A stretch of 14,632 bases of DNA from Deltaproteobacteria bacterium (lineage in GTDB: Bacteria > SAR324 > NAC60-12). Positions 1-9,969 of the stretch are shown in pieces; the first letter of the stretch is position 1, and each line of letters begins with the position of its first letter. A program made the position numbers and the translations under genes. The stretch is from assembly GCA_038150265.1 (NCBI GenBank), contig JAYOTF010000053.1, forward strand, positions 1 through 14,632, in the 5' to 3' direction. The notes beneath the pieces are model-generated. The model ran no database searches. It saw nothing but the letters and a program-made list of their open reading frames with translations, and had not been told where the DNA came from.

Positions 1-190
1 GGTGTGCCAGGCAAAGTTGGAACTGCAGGTGCCAGGCACTCTCGCCGAACAAACCTATGCACCTGACGAGTTTTGCCCGCAGGTGATACGCAGCGTTAGC
101 GAAGAAACACATGTAACTGTTCAGCACCCCCTTGAGGGTGAATTCAAGAAATTGGCTCATCTGTCGATAAGCGACTCATACGAATTCTGA
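1..190 (+). CDS. Probable 3' end of an upstream gene (unknown product), truncated by the window edge
   Basis: Frame 2 is open from the window start to TGA at 188-190 (...LAHLSISDSYEF*). No recognisable motif. Confidence 0.35.
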   Translation, partial: VCQAKLELQVPGTLAEQTYAPDEFCPQVIRSVSEETHVTVQHPLEGEFKKLAHLSISDSYEF

Positions 191-449
191 CCTCACGGAC
201 CCGCCACGGTCACAGGGAGCGTGGCGACCACCCTCCGCGGCCTCTTCTGCTGCAGCACTTCCCCATTTCCTGAAATTTCAAGAGAGGCCCCTCCGGATCC
301 CTCCTCTGAAAAACGATGGACGCGTCCATCCGGTCGCGGTTGGGTGGGCTTCTGTCAGAAAACAGGCGCGGCCTCGAACAACCCTGCTGTCCCCAATGCG
401 GGTTCAACAGGGCTGCCGGGAGAGAGCGGGGCCTCGAAGGCGAGGGGAG

Positions 450-1520
450 TTACTCGAGGGTCGCGTGCTTGATGTAATCACGCAGGTAGGAGTAGCTGAT
501 CTGAAGACGGCCGTCTCGGGTTTGCAGAATGGACGGGTAGGAGTAGTCGCCAATGAACGCACCCGTTTCATCGTGTGCAGAGCGCAAGTCCGGATCCTGC
601 TCCACCACCAGCTCCTGAGTCCAGGAAACGCCCCGGTCGGTCGAGGACGCAATCACCAGTGGATTCCGGGGCACGCCCCAGACGGCACTGTTCTCCGTGA
701 GGTCGCACTGCTGCAGAAACGCCTCCTGATCCTTCACCCACGGTGGCACCGAGCTTTCTCCGGGACGTCCGGTTGCGTGGTTGGCATTGTAGATGATGAC
801 GAGTCGCCCATCCTGAAGCTGACGGGCCTGGATGGAGGCATTGTTGTTGGGCAGAGGGGTGGGTTCCGGAGGCGACCACGTGAGTCCGCCGTCTTCCGAA
901 ACCGTCCGGAAGATGCGGTCGGCCCGCCGACGTCGGAAAAAAGCCACACGGCAGTCCGCCTGGATGTTCATGTGGACGCACCCTTCGCTGTGCGGAACCG
1001 GACGGGTTTCCCACGTCTTGCCACCGTCTCCGGAAACCTTGACCAGGCTGGGGTCGTCACCAAAGGCGTTCTTGATGTTGCTGTGCCAGATCGGAAAGAG
1101 CAGCAGCCCAGAGGGGTTGACGACGGGGGCATGGCGGATGAAGGTTCCGGGCTCATCGAACAGTTCCGTCGGTGCGCTCCAGGTTTCTCCAGCATCAGCC
1201 GATCTCCGGATCCGTACCACGGCAGTGCCCTGATCGGTCTGCACCTGAGCGGTGTAGAGCAGCCACAGCTCTCCGGACGGGTGCTGAAACAGCGCCGGAT
1301 TCTGCTCGGAACGCGTCGGATCGTCCGACATCTTCCGGGCCTGGAGCCAGCAGTCCTGACGGCGATCGTAGCGCGAGAGGTAGATGCTGATGTCCGGCGT
1401 GCCCTCCATGGAGCCCCCAAACCAGGTACAGAGCAGGTCGCCGTTTTCGAGTTCGAGCAGGTTGGAAGCGTGGTTGCTCGGGCAGGGAGTGGGGATCGGG
1501 TAGCTGTTCAGCACCTTCAT
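450..1520 (-). CDS. Asp-box/BNR-repeat beta-propeller protein, sialidase-like putative glycoside hydrolase, cytoplasmic
   Basis: Four SxDxGxxW Asp boxes (SADAGETW, SGDGGKTW, SEDGGLTW, STDRGVSW), C-terminal YSYPS motif and N-terminal HASNLLELENGDLLCTWFGG typical of the BNR_2 family. ATG at 1520 (MKVLNS) preferred over the GTG at 1553. No signal peptide. Confidence 0.85.
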   Translation of the reverse strand: MKVLNSYPIPTPCPSNHASNLLELENGDLLCTWFGGSMEGTPDISIYLSRYDRRQDCWLQARKMSDDPTRSEQNPALFQHPSGELWLLYTAQVQTDQGTAVVRIRRSADAGETWSAPTELFDEPGTFIRHAPVVNPSGLLLFPIWHSNIKNAFGDDPSLVKVSGDGGKTWETRPVPHSEGCVHMNIQADCRVAFFRRRRADRIFRTVSEDGGLTWSPPEPTPLPNNNASIQARQLQDGRLVIIYNANHATGRPGESSVPPWVKDQEAFLQQCDLTENSAVWGVPRNPLVIASSTDRGVSWTQELVVEQDPDLRSAHDETGAFIGDYSYPSILQTRDGRLQISYSYLRDYIKHATLE

Positions 1521-1577
1521 GGGTCGACTTTCATGCGGAGCCACTGGGCCCACGGTTCATGCCAGGGAATGATGCCC

Positions 1578-1596
1578 AAGGTTCCTCCGGAACCTT
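1578..1596. other. Short perfect hairpin at the stop of the second ABC ATPase gene
   Basis: AAGGTTCC-tcc-GGAACCTT: 8-bp stem, 3-nt loop, no U-tract. Confidence 0.4.
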
Positions 1597-2602
1597 CAGG
1601 CGGTTTCGTGTTCCACCTCAGTGGCGCGGAAGCAGGCGACGTGGTGGCCCTGACCCTGGTCTTCCAATTCCGGAACCGCTTCGGCACAGCGCTTTTCGGC
1701 ATACCGGCAGCGTGGATGAAAGCGGCACCCGGAAGGCGGGTCAATGGCGTTGGAGACGTCTCCTTGCAAAATGATGCGCTGGCGGTTGCGCTCCAGCTCC
1801 GGGTCGGCCTCGGGAACGGCGGAGAGCAGGGCCTTCGTGTACGGGTGGAGCGGACGTTCAAACAGGTCGGCCTTGTTGGCAATCTCCATGATCTTGCCCA
1901 GGTACATGACGGCGACGCGGTCGCTGATGTGCCGGACGACCGCCAGGTCATGCGCAATGAAGAGGTAGGTCAGGTTGTACTTTTCCTGAATGTCCATCAG
2001 GAGGTTGATGATCTGCGCCTGAATCGAGACATCCAGCGCCGAGATGGGCTCATCGCAGACGATGAACTCCGGCTCGCTTGCCAACGCCCGGGCGATGCAG
2101 ATCCGCTGGCGCTGCCCTCCGGAAAATTCATGAGGGTAGCGGTTGGCCACATTCGGATTGAGCCCCACGTCCTGGATCAGCTGCGCCACGCGTCCCGAAA
2201 TTTCCCTTTCTCCACAGATCTTGTGCACCCGCAACGGCTCCGCGAGTGCTTCGCCAATCGTCATCCGCGGGTTGAGGGTGGAGTACGGGTCCTGAAAGAC
2301 CACCTGCGCCCGCTTGCGCATCGCCCGCAGCTCTTCCTTCGAAAGGGCGGCGAGGTCCGTTCCATCAAACTTGACGGTTCCACTGGTCGCGCGGTGGAGT
2401 TGCAGAATCGCAAAACCGGTGGTGGACTTCCCGCATCCGGACTCTCCCACCAGCCCGAGTGTTTCTCCCTTGAGGATGTTGAAGCTCACCCCGTCAATGG
2501 CATGGACCACGGCGGACTGGTCTCCAAAGGCTCCGAGTTTGATGGGGAAGTACTTGACCAGATGGTCCACTTCCACCAGCGGCTTTCTTTCCGGATGTGC
2601 AC

Positions 2603-2606
<4 letters not shown>
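1596..2606 (-). CDS. Oligopeptide/dipeptide-type ABC transporter ATP-binding subunit (OppF/DppF-like)
   Basis: Walker A GESGCGKST, Q-loop VFQDP, signature FSGGQRQR, Walker B IVCDEP, HPYT motif and C-terminal four-Cys extension (GCRFHPRC...C...VACF). Confidence 0.95.
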
Positions 2607-3627
<1,021 letters not shown>

Positions 3628-3631
<4 letters not shown>

Positions 3632-4581
3632 TTCCACTGCCTCGGGTTGAGGGCGTCATTCAGTCCATCCCCCAGGAAGCTGAACGCAATGGTCACCACA
3701 GCCAGAGCGGCGGCGGGAGCAGCAAGGACGTGCGGATACAGCTGCCAGACCCGGAGCCCGTCGCTGATCATGTTGCCCCAGCTCGGAATCGGAGGGCGGA
3801 CTCCGACACCGAGGAAGCTGAACGACGACTCCAGCACCATCGCTTCTCCGAGCGCGGCACTGATGTAAACGATCACCGGACCAATCGAGTTCGGAATGAC
3901 GTAGCGGCGGATGATGTTCGGAGTGGACACGCCGAGGGCTTCGGCGGCCAGGACGTAGTTCTTGTTGCGGACGGACATGATCTGGCCCCGAATGATCCGG
4001 GCCGCCTTGGGCCACTTGATGAGGGCCATGGAGCCAAACACGAGGATGAAGTCCACCCAGATGGTGTTGCGGTAGAACTCGTTTCCCGTCTCCATGAACT
4101 TCGCGTCCATCCAGTTGACCATGGACGGCTTCAGTGAGACGTTGATCACGATCACGACCAGCAGGGACGGAACCGACATGGTGATGTCGATCAGCCACAC
4201 GACGAAGGCGTCGACCTTGCCTCCGAAGTAGCCGCCGATGGACCCAATGAAGAGGCCGATGATGAGGCTGAAGAAGACGGTGGAGAAGGCGACCACCACA
4301 GCGGTCCGGGCTCCGTAAATGACGCGGCTGAGGATGTCGCGTCCCAGGTCATCGGTCCCGAACCAGTGGTTCCAGGACGGAGGCTGGTTCCGGGCCATCA
4401 GGTCCTGGTCCAGAAAGTCGTAAGGGGTGAGCCAGGGGCCAAACGCGGCAATGATGAAGAGCACGGCCACCAGGATCATGCCCAGCACCGCCAGTTTGTT
4501 GGCGGCCAAACGCGCAAACGCGTCCTGGACCAAGCTGATCTGTCGGTCTTCTTGTGGTCCTTGGATCGCCAGTTCCGTCAT
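3628..4581 (-). CDS. Peptide/nickel-type ABC transporter permease (OppC/DppC-like)
   Basis: HWFGTDDLGRDILSRVIYGAR motif, EAA loop (YVLAAEALG), ESSFSFLGVG..PP.PSWG and FSFLGDGL; multiple hydrophobic segments. Confidence 0.95.
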
Positions 4582-5537
4582 TCTTCGTTCTCCGTTCGCT
4601 TGGCTGCTGCCCGAGGATCCAGCAGCGGGTACGAGATGTCTACGAGCAGGTTGGAGGTCATGACCACCACCGAAAAGATCAGGACAATGGCCAGGATGAC
4701 CGGGTAGTCCGACGACTTGATGGCGGTCTCCGTCAAGCGTCCCAGTCCGGGCAGCCCAAAGACCTTTTCAATGAGAATGGAATTGTTGAGGGTGGCAATG
4801 ACGAGCAGACCAATCTGGCTGACCACTGGGGTCAGGACCGGTCGCATGATGTGCCGCAGCACCACCTGCAGGTTGGGAATGCCCTTGGCTCGGGCGGTCC
4901 GGACGTAGTCCTCACTGAGGACTTCAAGCACTCCGGCGCGGGCCTGTCGAATGATGAGGGCCATCGGGTTGAGGCCCAGCACGAGCAGGGGCACCAGCAC
5001 CAATGGCGAGAAGAGGCCATCCCAGCCATAGGGAACATCCTGATTGAAGCCCAGCACCAGCACCACAATGATGAGGGGGCCGGAGACAAACACGGGGATG
5101 CCCCAGATGATCATGGCAAAGCCAACGATCACGTTATCGAGGAGTTTGTTCTGATTCAGTCCGGCGATCACCCCGAGGGCAATGCCCAGCAGCGACACGA
5201 TGCAGATGGCCGAGAGGCCAATCTGGAGCGTCACTGGCAGTGCCGCCTGGATCATGGAATTGACGGAGCGTCCGGACACCAACGAGTTGCCAAAGTCTCC
5301 TTGCACCACGTTGGCGAGGTAGTCCCCGAACTGAACCAGGAAGGGACGGTTCAGCCCTGCTGCTTCGCGGATGGCTTCCACGCGGGCTGGGTCATAGGCC
5401 ACATCACCTGGAGCTTGCAGGAAGATCAGCTTGATCGGGTCTCCTGCCCCAAAGAAGACGAGCGCATAGATCGTCAGTAGCAGGACAAAAACCGACGGAA
5501 TCCATCGGATGAGCCGGCTAAGGATGTAGCGTCTCAC
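4578..5537 (-). CDS. Peptide/nickel-type ABC transporter permease (OppB/DppB-like)
   Basis: GDFGNSL, EDYVRTARAKG, IEKVFGLPGLG, DYPVI, NLLVDISYPLLDPR. GTG start at 5537 with GGAGGA RBS at 5541-5546, rather than the track's 5585. Confidence 0.93.
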   Translation of the reverse strand: MRRYILSRLIRWIPSVFVLLLTIYALVFFGAGDPIKLIFLQAPGDVAYDPARVEAIREAAGLNRPFLVQFGDYLANVVQGDFGNSLVSGRSVNSMIQAALPVTLQIGLSAICIVSLLGIALGVIAGLNQNKLLDNVIVGFAMIIWGIPVFVSGPLIIVVLVLGFNQDVPYGWDGLFSPLVLVPLLVLGLNPMALIIRQARAGVLEVLSEDYVRTARAKGIPNLQVVLRHIMRPVLTPVVSQIGLLVIATLNNSILIEKVFGLPGLGRLTETAIKSSDYPVILAIVLIFSVVVMTSNLLVDISYPLLDPRAAAKRTENEE

Positions 5538-5557
5538 GTTTCCTCCATTCAGTGGCC

Positions 5558-5592
5558 AAAAATCAAAAAGGGGCAGGCGCAGCACCTGCCCC
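5558..5592 (-). terminator. Intra-operon intrinsic terminator-like hairpin after the substrate-binding protein gene
   Basis: Minus strand reads GGGGCAGGTG-CTG-CGCCTGCCCC followed by TTTTTGATTTTT: 10-bp stem with one G-U pair plus a U-tract. Confidence 0.75.
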
Positions 5593-5606
5593 CCTGCACG
5601 CCGTGC

Positions 5607-7217
5607 TTACGGACGGCCGGCTTCGTCAATCTCGACATTCCAGGGCTCAATCACCTGCCAGTCGTCGTTCTTGTCGAAGTTCTTCACCCAGGGCATCGCC
5701 CACTTGGACATCACATCGTAGTAGTACGGGATGTACATCCAGTCGTCCCGGAAGAGGCGTTGCGCCTTCTGGGCCAGGCTGATGCGCTCAGGATCCTTCA
5801 CGCCTTTGGTCGAAGCGCTTTCCAGCAAGGAATCCACTTCTGCGTTCTGGTAGCCCCCCATCTTGTTCCGAGCATTGCCGGAGCCGGAGTGGATGGAGCC
5901 CATCAGGTAGGAAACCGCATCGGGCACCCGGGTTCCGACGTCATCGCGGAAGATCTGAACGCTGGCCTGATCGGGTCCGGAGTAGGTCTCAATCGCCGGC
6001 TTCATCTCCACGCCCTGGATGCCCAGGACCTTGCGCCACTGCTCGGCAATGTACTGAGCTGCCGCTTCGTGGGTCGGGGTGCTGATGCCCACAAACATGA
6101 TCTTCGGCAGACGACCACTTTGGCCATACTTGGACGCGGCCAGAGCGGCCTTGGCACCTTCCGGATCATACGGGTAGTTCGGGTAGCTGGCATCGACGCC
6201 CGGGACCTTGTTGAGGATCTGGCTCGCCGGTGTGAACGGACCATCTGGGAAGGCCGCCAGGGCGAGTTCCTTCGGATTGACCGCCATCACCAGCGCCTTG
6301 CGGACGTTGATGTCATCCATCGGCGCCCGGTTCGGATTGAACCAGAACTGCTGTCCCTTCGCCAGAGCCGGACCATTCAGGAAGCCTGGGCCCAGGTCCT
6401 GGATGATGGTCGGGGTGATCAACTCAGTCGCAGCATCCATGGTGCCCCGTCGGAGCATCAGGGTCGCGGTGCTCGGGTCTGAAACCGTGGTCACCACAAT
6501 CTTGCTGAGCTTGGGCTTGGGGCCAAAGAAGTTCGGGTTGGGCACAAAGGTAATGACGCCTTTGTCGAGGTCCATGCTCTCGGGCATGAACGGTCCGGAC
6601 ACCACCACACCATTCTGGGGCATCCACCAGTCCTGCTTCTCGTTGCCGTTTGCATCCTCAGCCTGGGCAATCTTCACCGGAGCAATCAGAGCCGTGGCAA
6701 TCTTCTGGTCGAAGATCGGGTCGGCGCGCACCAGCGTCACCTCAATGGTACGGGCATCGACCACCTTCAGACCGGTCATGTCCTGTGCCTTGCCGAGGGA
6801 GACCTCTTCAAAGCCGGTGACGTCTCCGAGGAACAGGTTCACCCGGGAGTGCTTGGTCGCCGGACGAGCCGACAGGTTCCAGGTGCCCACCACATCGTCC
6901 GCCGTGATCGGAGAGCCATCGGAGAAGACCGCCTTGGCGCTGATCTTGAGGGACCAGACCTGGTAGTTGGCATCTGAGGTGACTTCCGAAAGGACGTAAG
7001 GCGTCAGCTGACCGTCCTTGTCAAAGTACATCGGAGCCGCCCACCAGAGCGACATCCAGCGAGCCGAGTGCCCGCCCCCCTGGAGGGGAGACCAGTTCTG
7101 TTCCAGTACCGGGTGTTGAACATTCAGCACCTGTCCCTCCGCAGCCTGAGGCGCTGCGGGAGAGAAGCCTAGCATCGACAGGCCTAGCAAGAGGCTGCCC
7201 AACAAACGTTTTTTCAT
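5607..7217 (-). CDS. ABC transporter substrate-binding protein, family 5 (OppA/DppA-like)
   Basis: AVFSDGSPITADDV signature, VSGPF, DINVRKAL, YDPEGAKAALA. Sec-type signal peptide MKKRLLGSLLLGLSMLGFSPAAPQAA with no lipobox Cys. ATG at 7217 with AAGGAG RBS. Confidence 0.93.
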   Translation of the reverse strand: MKKRLLGSLLLGLSMLGFSPAAPQAAEGQVLNVQHPVLEQNWSPLQGGGHSARWMSLWWAAPMYFDKDGQLTPYVLSEVTSDANYQVWSLKISAKAVFSDGSPITADDVVGTWNLSARPATKHSRVNLFLGDVTGFEEVSLGKAQDMTGLKVVDARTIEVTLVRADPIFDQKIATALIAPVKIAQAEDANGNEKQDWWMPQNGVVVSGPFMPESMDLDKGVITFVPNPNFFGPKPKLSKIVVTTVSDPSTATLMLRRGTMDAATELITPTIIQDLGPGFLNGPALAKGQQFWFNPNRAPMDDINVRKALVMAVNPKELALAAFPDGPFTPASQILNKVPGVDASYPNYPYDPEGAKAALAASKYGQSGRLPKIMFVGISTPTHEAAAQYIAEQWRKVLGIQGVEMKPAIETYSGPDQASVQIFRDDVGTRVPDAVSYLMGSIHSGSGNARNKMGGYQNAEVDSLLESASTKGVKDPERISLAQKAQRLFRDDWMYIPYYYDVMSKWAMPWVKNFDKNDDWQVIEPWNVEIDEAGRP

Positions 7218-7298
7218 GCGTGTCTCCTTTTCATGTTCACACCCAGAAGGGGAGCTGTTGGTAACGGGGGCACCAAGGGGGAGGTGCCACACGTCGGT

Positions 7299-8417
7299 TT
7301 AGTAGGCGACCCGGTAGATCGCCTCAATGTCCGTGACAGCCAGATCGACTGGATTCCAGTCGAGCAGCCGGCGGATGGCATGAGCCTCGTGCGCCATGCC
7401 GGGAAGGGCCTCTTCCTGGACAGCATGAGCACGGAGGCGCATCTCAAGCCCAAGGCTTTCGCAAAACTCTTGGGCAGCATTCAAGACGGCCGGACCAGCC
7501 GTGTTCGGAGCCCCCAGCGCGGTCAGGATCCGTTCGGTTTTCTCCGGAACCTTCTCGGCATTGACGGCCAGGGTATGGGGGAAGATCAGCGCATTGGCCA
7601 GGCCATGCGGAATCTTGTAACGCGTTCCCAGCGGATAAGCCACGGCGTGCCCGGCTGTCGTGTTGACCGGTCCCAGGCAAATGCCACCGTAGTAAGCTGC
7701 CAGGGACAGACCCGCCCGGGCTTCCAGGTTGTTGCCGTCTTCCACGGCCTGCTTGAGGTAGGTGCCAATCAGCTCAATGCCACGGATCGCATAATCGTCA
7801 ATCACGGGGTGCGACCGCTTCGAGGTGAAGGCCTCAACGCAGTGGGCCAGGGCGTCCACGCCCGTGGCCGCCGTCACCTGAGGTGGCACCGAAACCGTCA
7901 GGCTCGGGTCAATGAGGGTGAGGTCTGCCAGCATGTGGAGGCTCTCTGTCGCCACCTTCGCCATGGTCTCCTGATCCGTGATCAGCGACCGCGTTCCCAC
8001 TTCGGAGCCCGTTCCTGCCGTTGTGGCCACCTGCACCAGCCCCACCTTGCGGGCCGGGGCTCGGTTGGGCCCGGAGATGTCGGAAAGGACCACCTCGTTC
8101 CTCACCATCACGGCCACCAGCTTGGCCAGGTCCATCGCAGAGCCCCCTCCGAACCCGATGATGACATCCGCTCCTTCAGCGGCTTGCACGGCTGTCATCA
8201 GGTCCTCAATCGTGGGCTCGTGAGCCAGGCCACTGGTTCCGTTCACGGCTCCCAGTCCCAGCACTTCCAGGCGGGCGGCATTCACCGTGTCTGCAATCAC
8301 AAACGGACGCTGGTACCCACGTGCCTCCACCCAGGAGGCCAATTTTTCCGTGGCGCCGATCCCAAACTCGACAACAGCAGGGCGCAGCAATTGGATGGGA
8401 GCGGTCAGATCCAGCAC
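7299..8417 (-). CDS. Iron-containing (group III) alcohol dehydrogenase family protein
   Basis: GFGGGSAMDLAK, TTAGTGSE, DALAHCVEA, GHAVAY and PHGLAN carry the NAD-binding and Asp/His/His/His metal ligands. GTG start with AAGGAGG RBS. Confidence 0.93.
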   Translation of the reverse strand: MLDLTAPIQLLRPAVVEFGIGATEKLASWVEARGYQRPFVIADTVNAARLEVLGLGAVNGTSGLAHEPTIEDLMTAVQAAEGADVIIGFGGGSAMDLAKLVAVMVRNEVVLSDISGPNRAPARKVGLVQVATTAGTGSEVGTRSLITDQETMAKVATESLHMLADLTLIDPSLTVSVPPQVTAATGVDALAHCVEAFTSKRSHPVIDDYAIRGIELIGTYLKQAVEDGNNLEARAGLSLAAYYGGICLGPVNTTAGHAVAYPLGTRYKIPHGLANALIFPHTLAVNAEKVPEKTERILTALGAPNTAGPAVLNAAQEFCESLGLEMRLRAHAVQEEALPGMAHEAHAIRRLLDWNPVDLAVTDIEAIYRVAY

Positions 8418-8650
8418 AGCCCTCCTTCAGCATTCTTCTGGCCCACCAGAGCGGACCGAAATTCATTCATCATTGCGACCTCGTTGTCTTGGGTAAGGGA
8501 AAGCCCCGTGGGGCCTCCGGAAGGAATACCGCAAACCCGTGGCGACCTCCCAGCAGGGGGATGGCCCCCATTCCCGATCGGCTCAGGGGGAAACCCTCCC
8601 GAAATTTTTGTTTGAGCGCCTCCGCAACCGGAGCAGTCGCCCTCAATGGG

Positions 8651-8679
8651 ACGCTATCGAAACATAGACAACTAGACAA
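8651..8679 (-). promoter_or_regulatory. Candidate sigma70 promoter for the ADH-ABC-BNR operon
   Basis: Minus strand TTGTCT-N17-TAGCGT in the AT-rich core of the divergent region; an alternative TTGACT -35 lies at 8679-8684. Confidence 0.4.
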
Positions 8680-8714
8680 GTCAAGCCTGCCAACCCAATT
8701 AAATCCCCGGAAAA

Positions 8715-8728
8715 CGCTAAATTTAGCG
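8715..8728. promoter_or_regulatory. Perfect 14-bp palindrome, candidate operator
   Basis: CGCTAAATTTAGCG is its own reverse complement and lies between the two candidate divergent promoters. Confidence 0.5.
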
Positions 8729-8736
8729 GAAAATTA

Positions 8737-8766
8737 TTGACAAGTTTACAGATATACGGCGACAAT
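8737..8766 (+). promoter_or_regulatory. Candidate sigma70 promoter for the aldolase-PdxA2 operon
   Basis: Consensus TTGACA (8737-8742), 18-nt spacer, GACAAT (8761-8766); A/T-rich upstream sequence. Confidence 0.45.
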
Positions 8767-9084
8767 GAGGCCCTCAAGGCGGGGAGAGGAGGGGCTTCTC
8801 TCCCAGATCCGGAAGGGCCCGTCCCCCTTTTCAGGCCCGTCCCCGCCTGTCCCTCAACGAGGTGTGACGGAACGGGGCCCTGTGCTGAGCAAACGGCAGA
8901 ATTGGTTGGTTTCAGGCTCCCCTGAGGCCCGTTCTCTCTCCCACTTGTGAGGATCGGGAGGCCCCTTTCCGGACCTCGTCCCAGGGTGCTTCATACCTGG
9001 AAGCGCGCTTCCTTGCTCCAGAGGCGCCTCCTGAAAATTGACAACTGATGGGCTTCCGGCCATCGACACTCAGAAGAGTCCCCC

Positions 9085-9969
9085 ATGAACAAAGAAGCCT
9101 TTGTCGCTCTGGTCACGTGCTTCAACGACGATGAAACCATCAACTACGCGGCCACCCGCCGTCAGGTGCGTCGGCAGATGAAGGCCGGCAATCACCTGCT
9201 CGCTGCGGGCACCAACGGTGATTTTTCCGCCCTGACCTTTGAGGAAAAGGTTCGCCTGGCCGAGGAAGTGATGGAAGAGGTGGGGGGACAGGTCAAGGTC
9301 TTCCTCAACGCGGGGATGCCTGCGACCTTTGAGACCGTCAAACTGGCCCGCGAATTTGACCGCATCGGCGTGGATGGAATTGCCGTCATCACGCCCTTCT
9401 TCATTGAGGTCACCCAAGAGGGGCTCAAGCGGCACTTCCTCACCGTGGCCGACAGCGTGACCACCCCGGTCTACCTGTACGACATTCCGGCCCGGACTCA
9501 GAATCACATTGAGCCGGAAACGGCGCAGCAACTGGCGGCACACCCCAACATCCGGGGCATCAAGGATTCCGGAGGCAAGCAGGAGACGCTGGAGGCGTAC
9601 TTTGCAGTCGGGCGGGAGGTGCCCGGTTTTCAGGTCTATTCCGGACCGGATCACCTGGTACACTGGGCCTTTCAGCAGGGAGCCGCCGGGTGCATCTCCG
9701 GGCTGGGAAACGTTTTGCCCGGGGTGCTTGCCGAAATCGTCCGCGCCTTCAACGCAGGAGATGAAGCGGCAGCAGCCGCCGCACAAGCCACCTACACGGC
9801 CTTCCGGACCGACCTCTACGCCCTGGGCTATCCTCCGGCGATGGTCAAACGCGCCCTCTGGGTCCTGGATGCGTCGGTAGGCGCATCGCGTCAGCCCGCC
9901 TTGCTGCCCAACCCGGAACAGGACCAGCACCTCCGTCACCTTCTGAATCAATACGGAATCACTGAATGA
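9085..9969 (+). CDS. DapA/N-acetylneuraminate lyase family protein (class I aldolase or dehydratase; probably not the housekeeping DHDPS)
   Basis: VALVTCF, AGTNGDF (variant of GTTGE), YLYDIPART (catalytic Tyr) and GIKDSGG (Schiff-base Lys); 294 aa. Confidence 0.9.
   Translation: MNKEAFVALVTCFNDDETINYAATRRQVRRQMKAGNHLLAAGTNGDFSALTFEEKVRLAEEVMEEVGGQVKVFLNAGMPATFETVKLAREFDRIGVDGIAVITPFFIEVTQEGLKRHFLTVADSVTTPVYLYDIPARTQNHIEPETAQQLAAHPNIRGIKDSGGKQETLEAYFAVGREVPGFQVYSGPDHLVHWAFQQGAAGCISGLGNVLPGVLAEIVRAFNAGDEAAAAAAQATYTAFRTDLYALGYPPAMVKRALWVLDASVGASRQPALLPNPEQDQHLRHLLNQYGITE

Noticed and set aside
191..449. Small ORFs and a weak hairpin (CGCCACG/CGTGGCG) in the left intergenic region
   Set aside because: No coding signature or RBS; the hairpin has a long loop and no U-tract, so it cannot be called a terminator.
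1521..1598. Possible readthrough fusion of the ATPase and BNR genes (same frame)
   Set aside because: A second in-frame TGA lies in the spacer (tca at 1557-1559).
8490..8600. GCAAACCCGTGGCGAC and nearby G-rich/C-rich mini-hairpins resembling a c-di-GMP-I riboswitch
   Set aside because: The pairing 3' strand and the GACGCAAA element are missing, and the match is antisense to the ADH leader.
7233..8615. 460-aa plus-strand ORF, and similar antisense ORFs at 2861-3868, 4554-5480, 9070-9951 and 12684-13532
   Set aside because: Antisense shadows of well-supported genes, with no recognisable domains.
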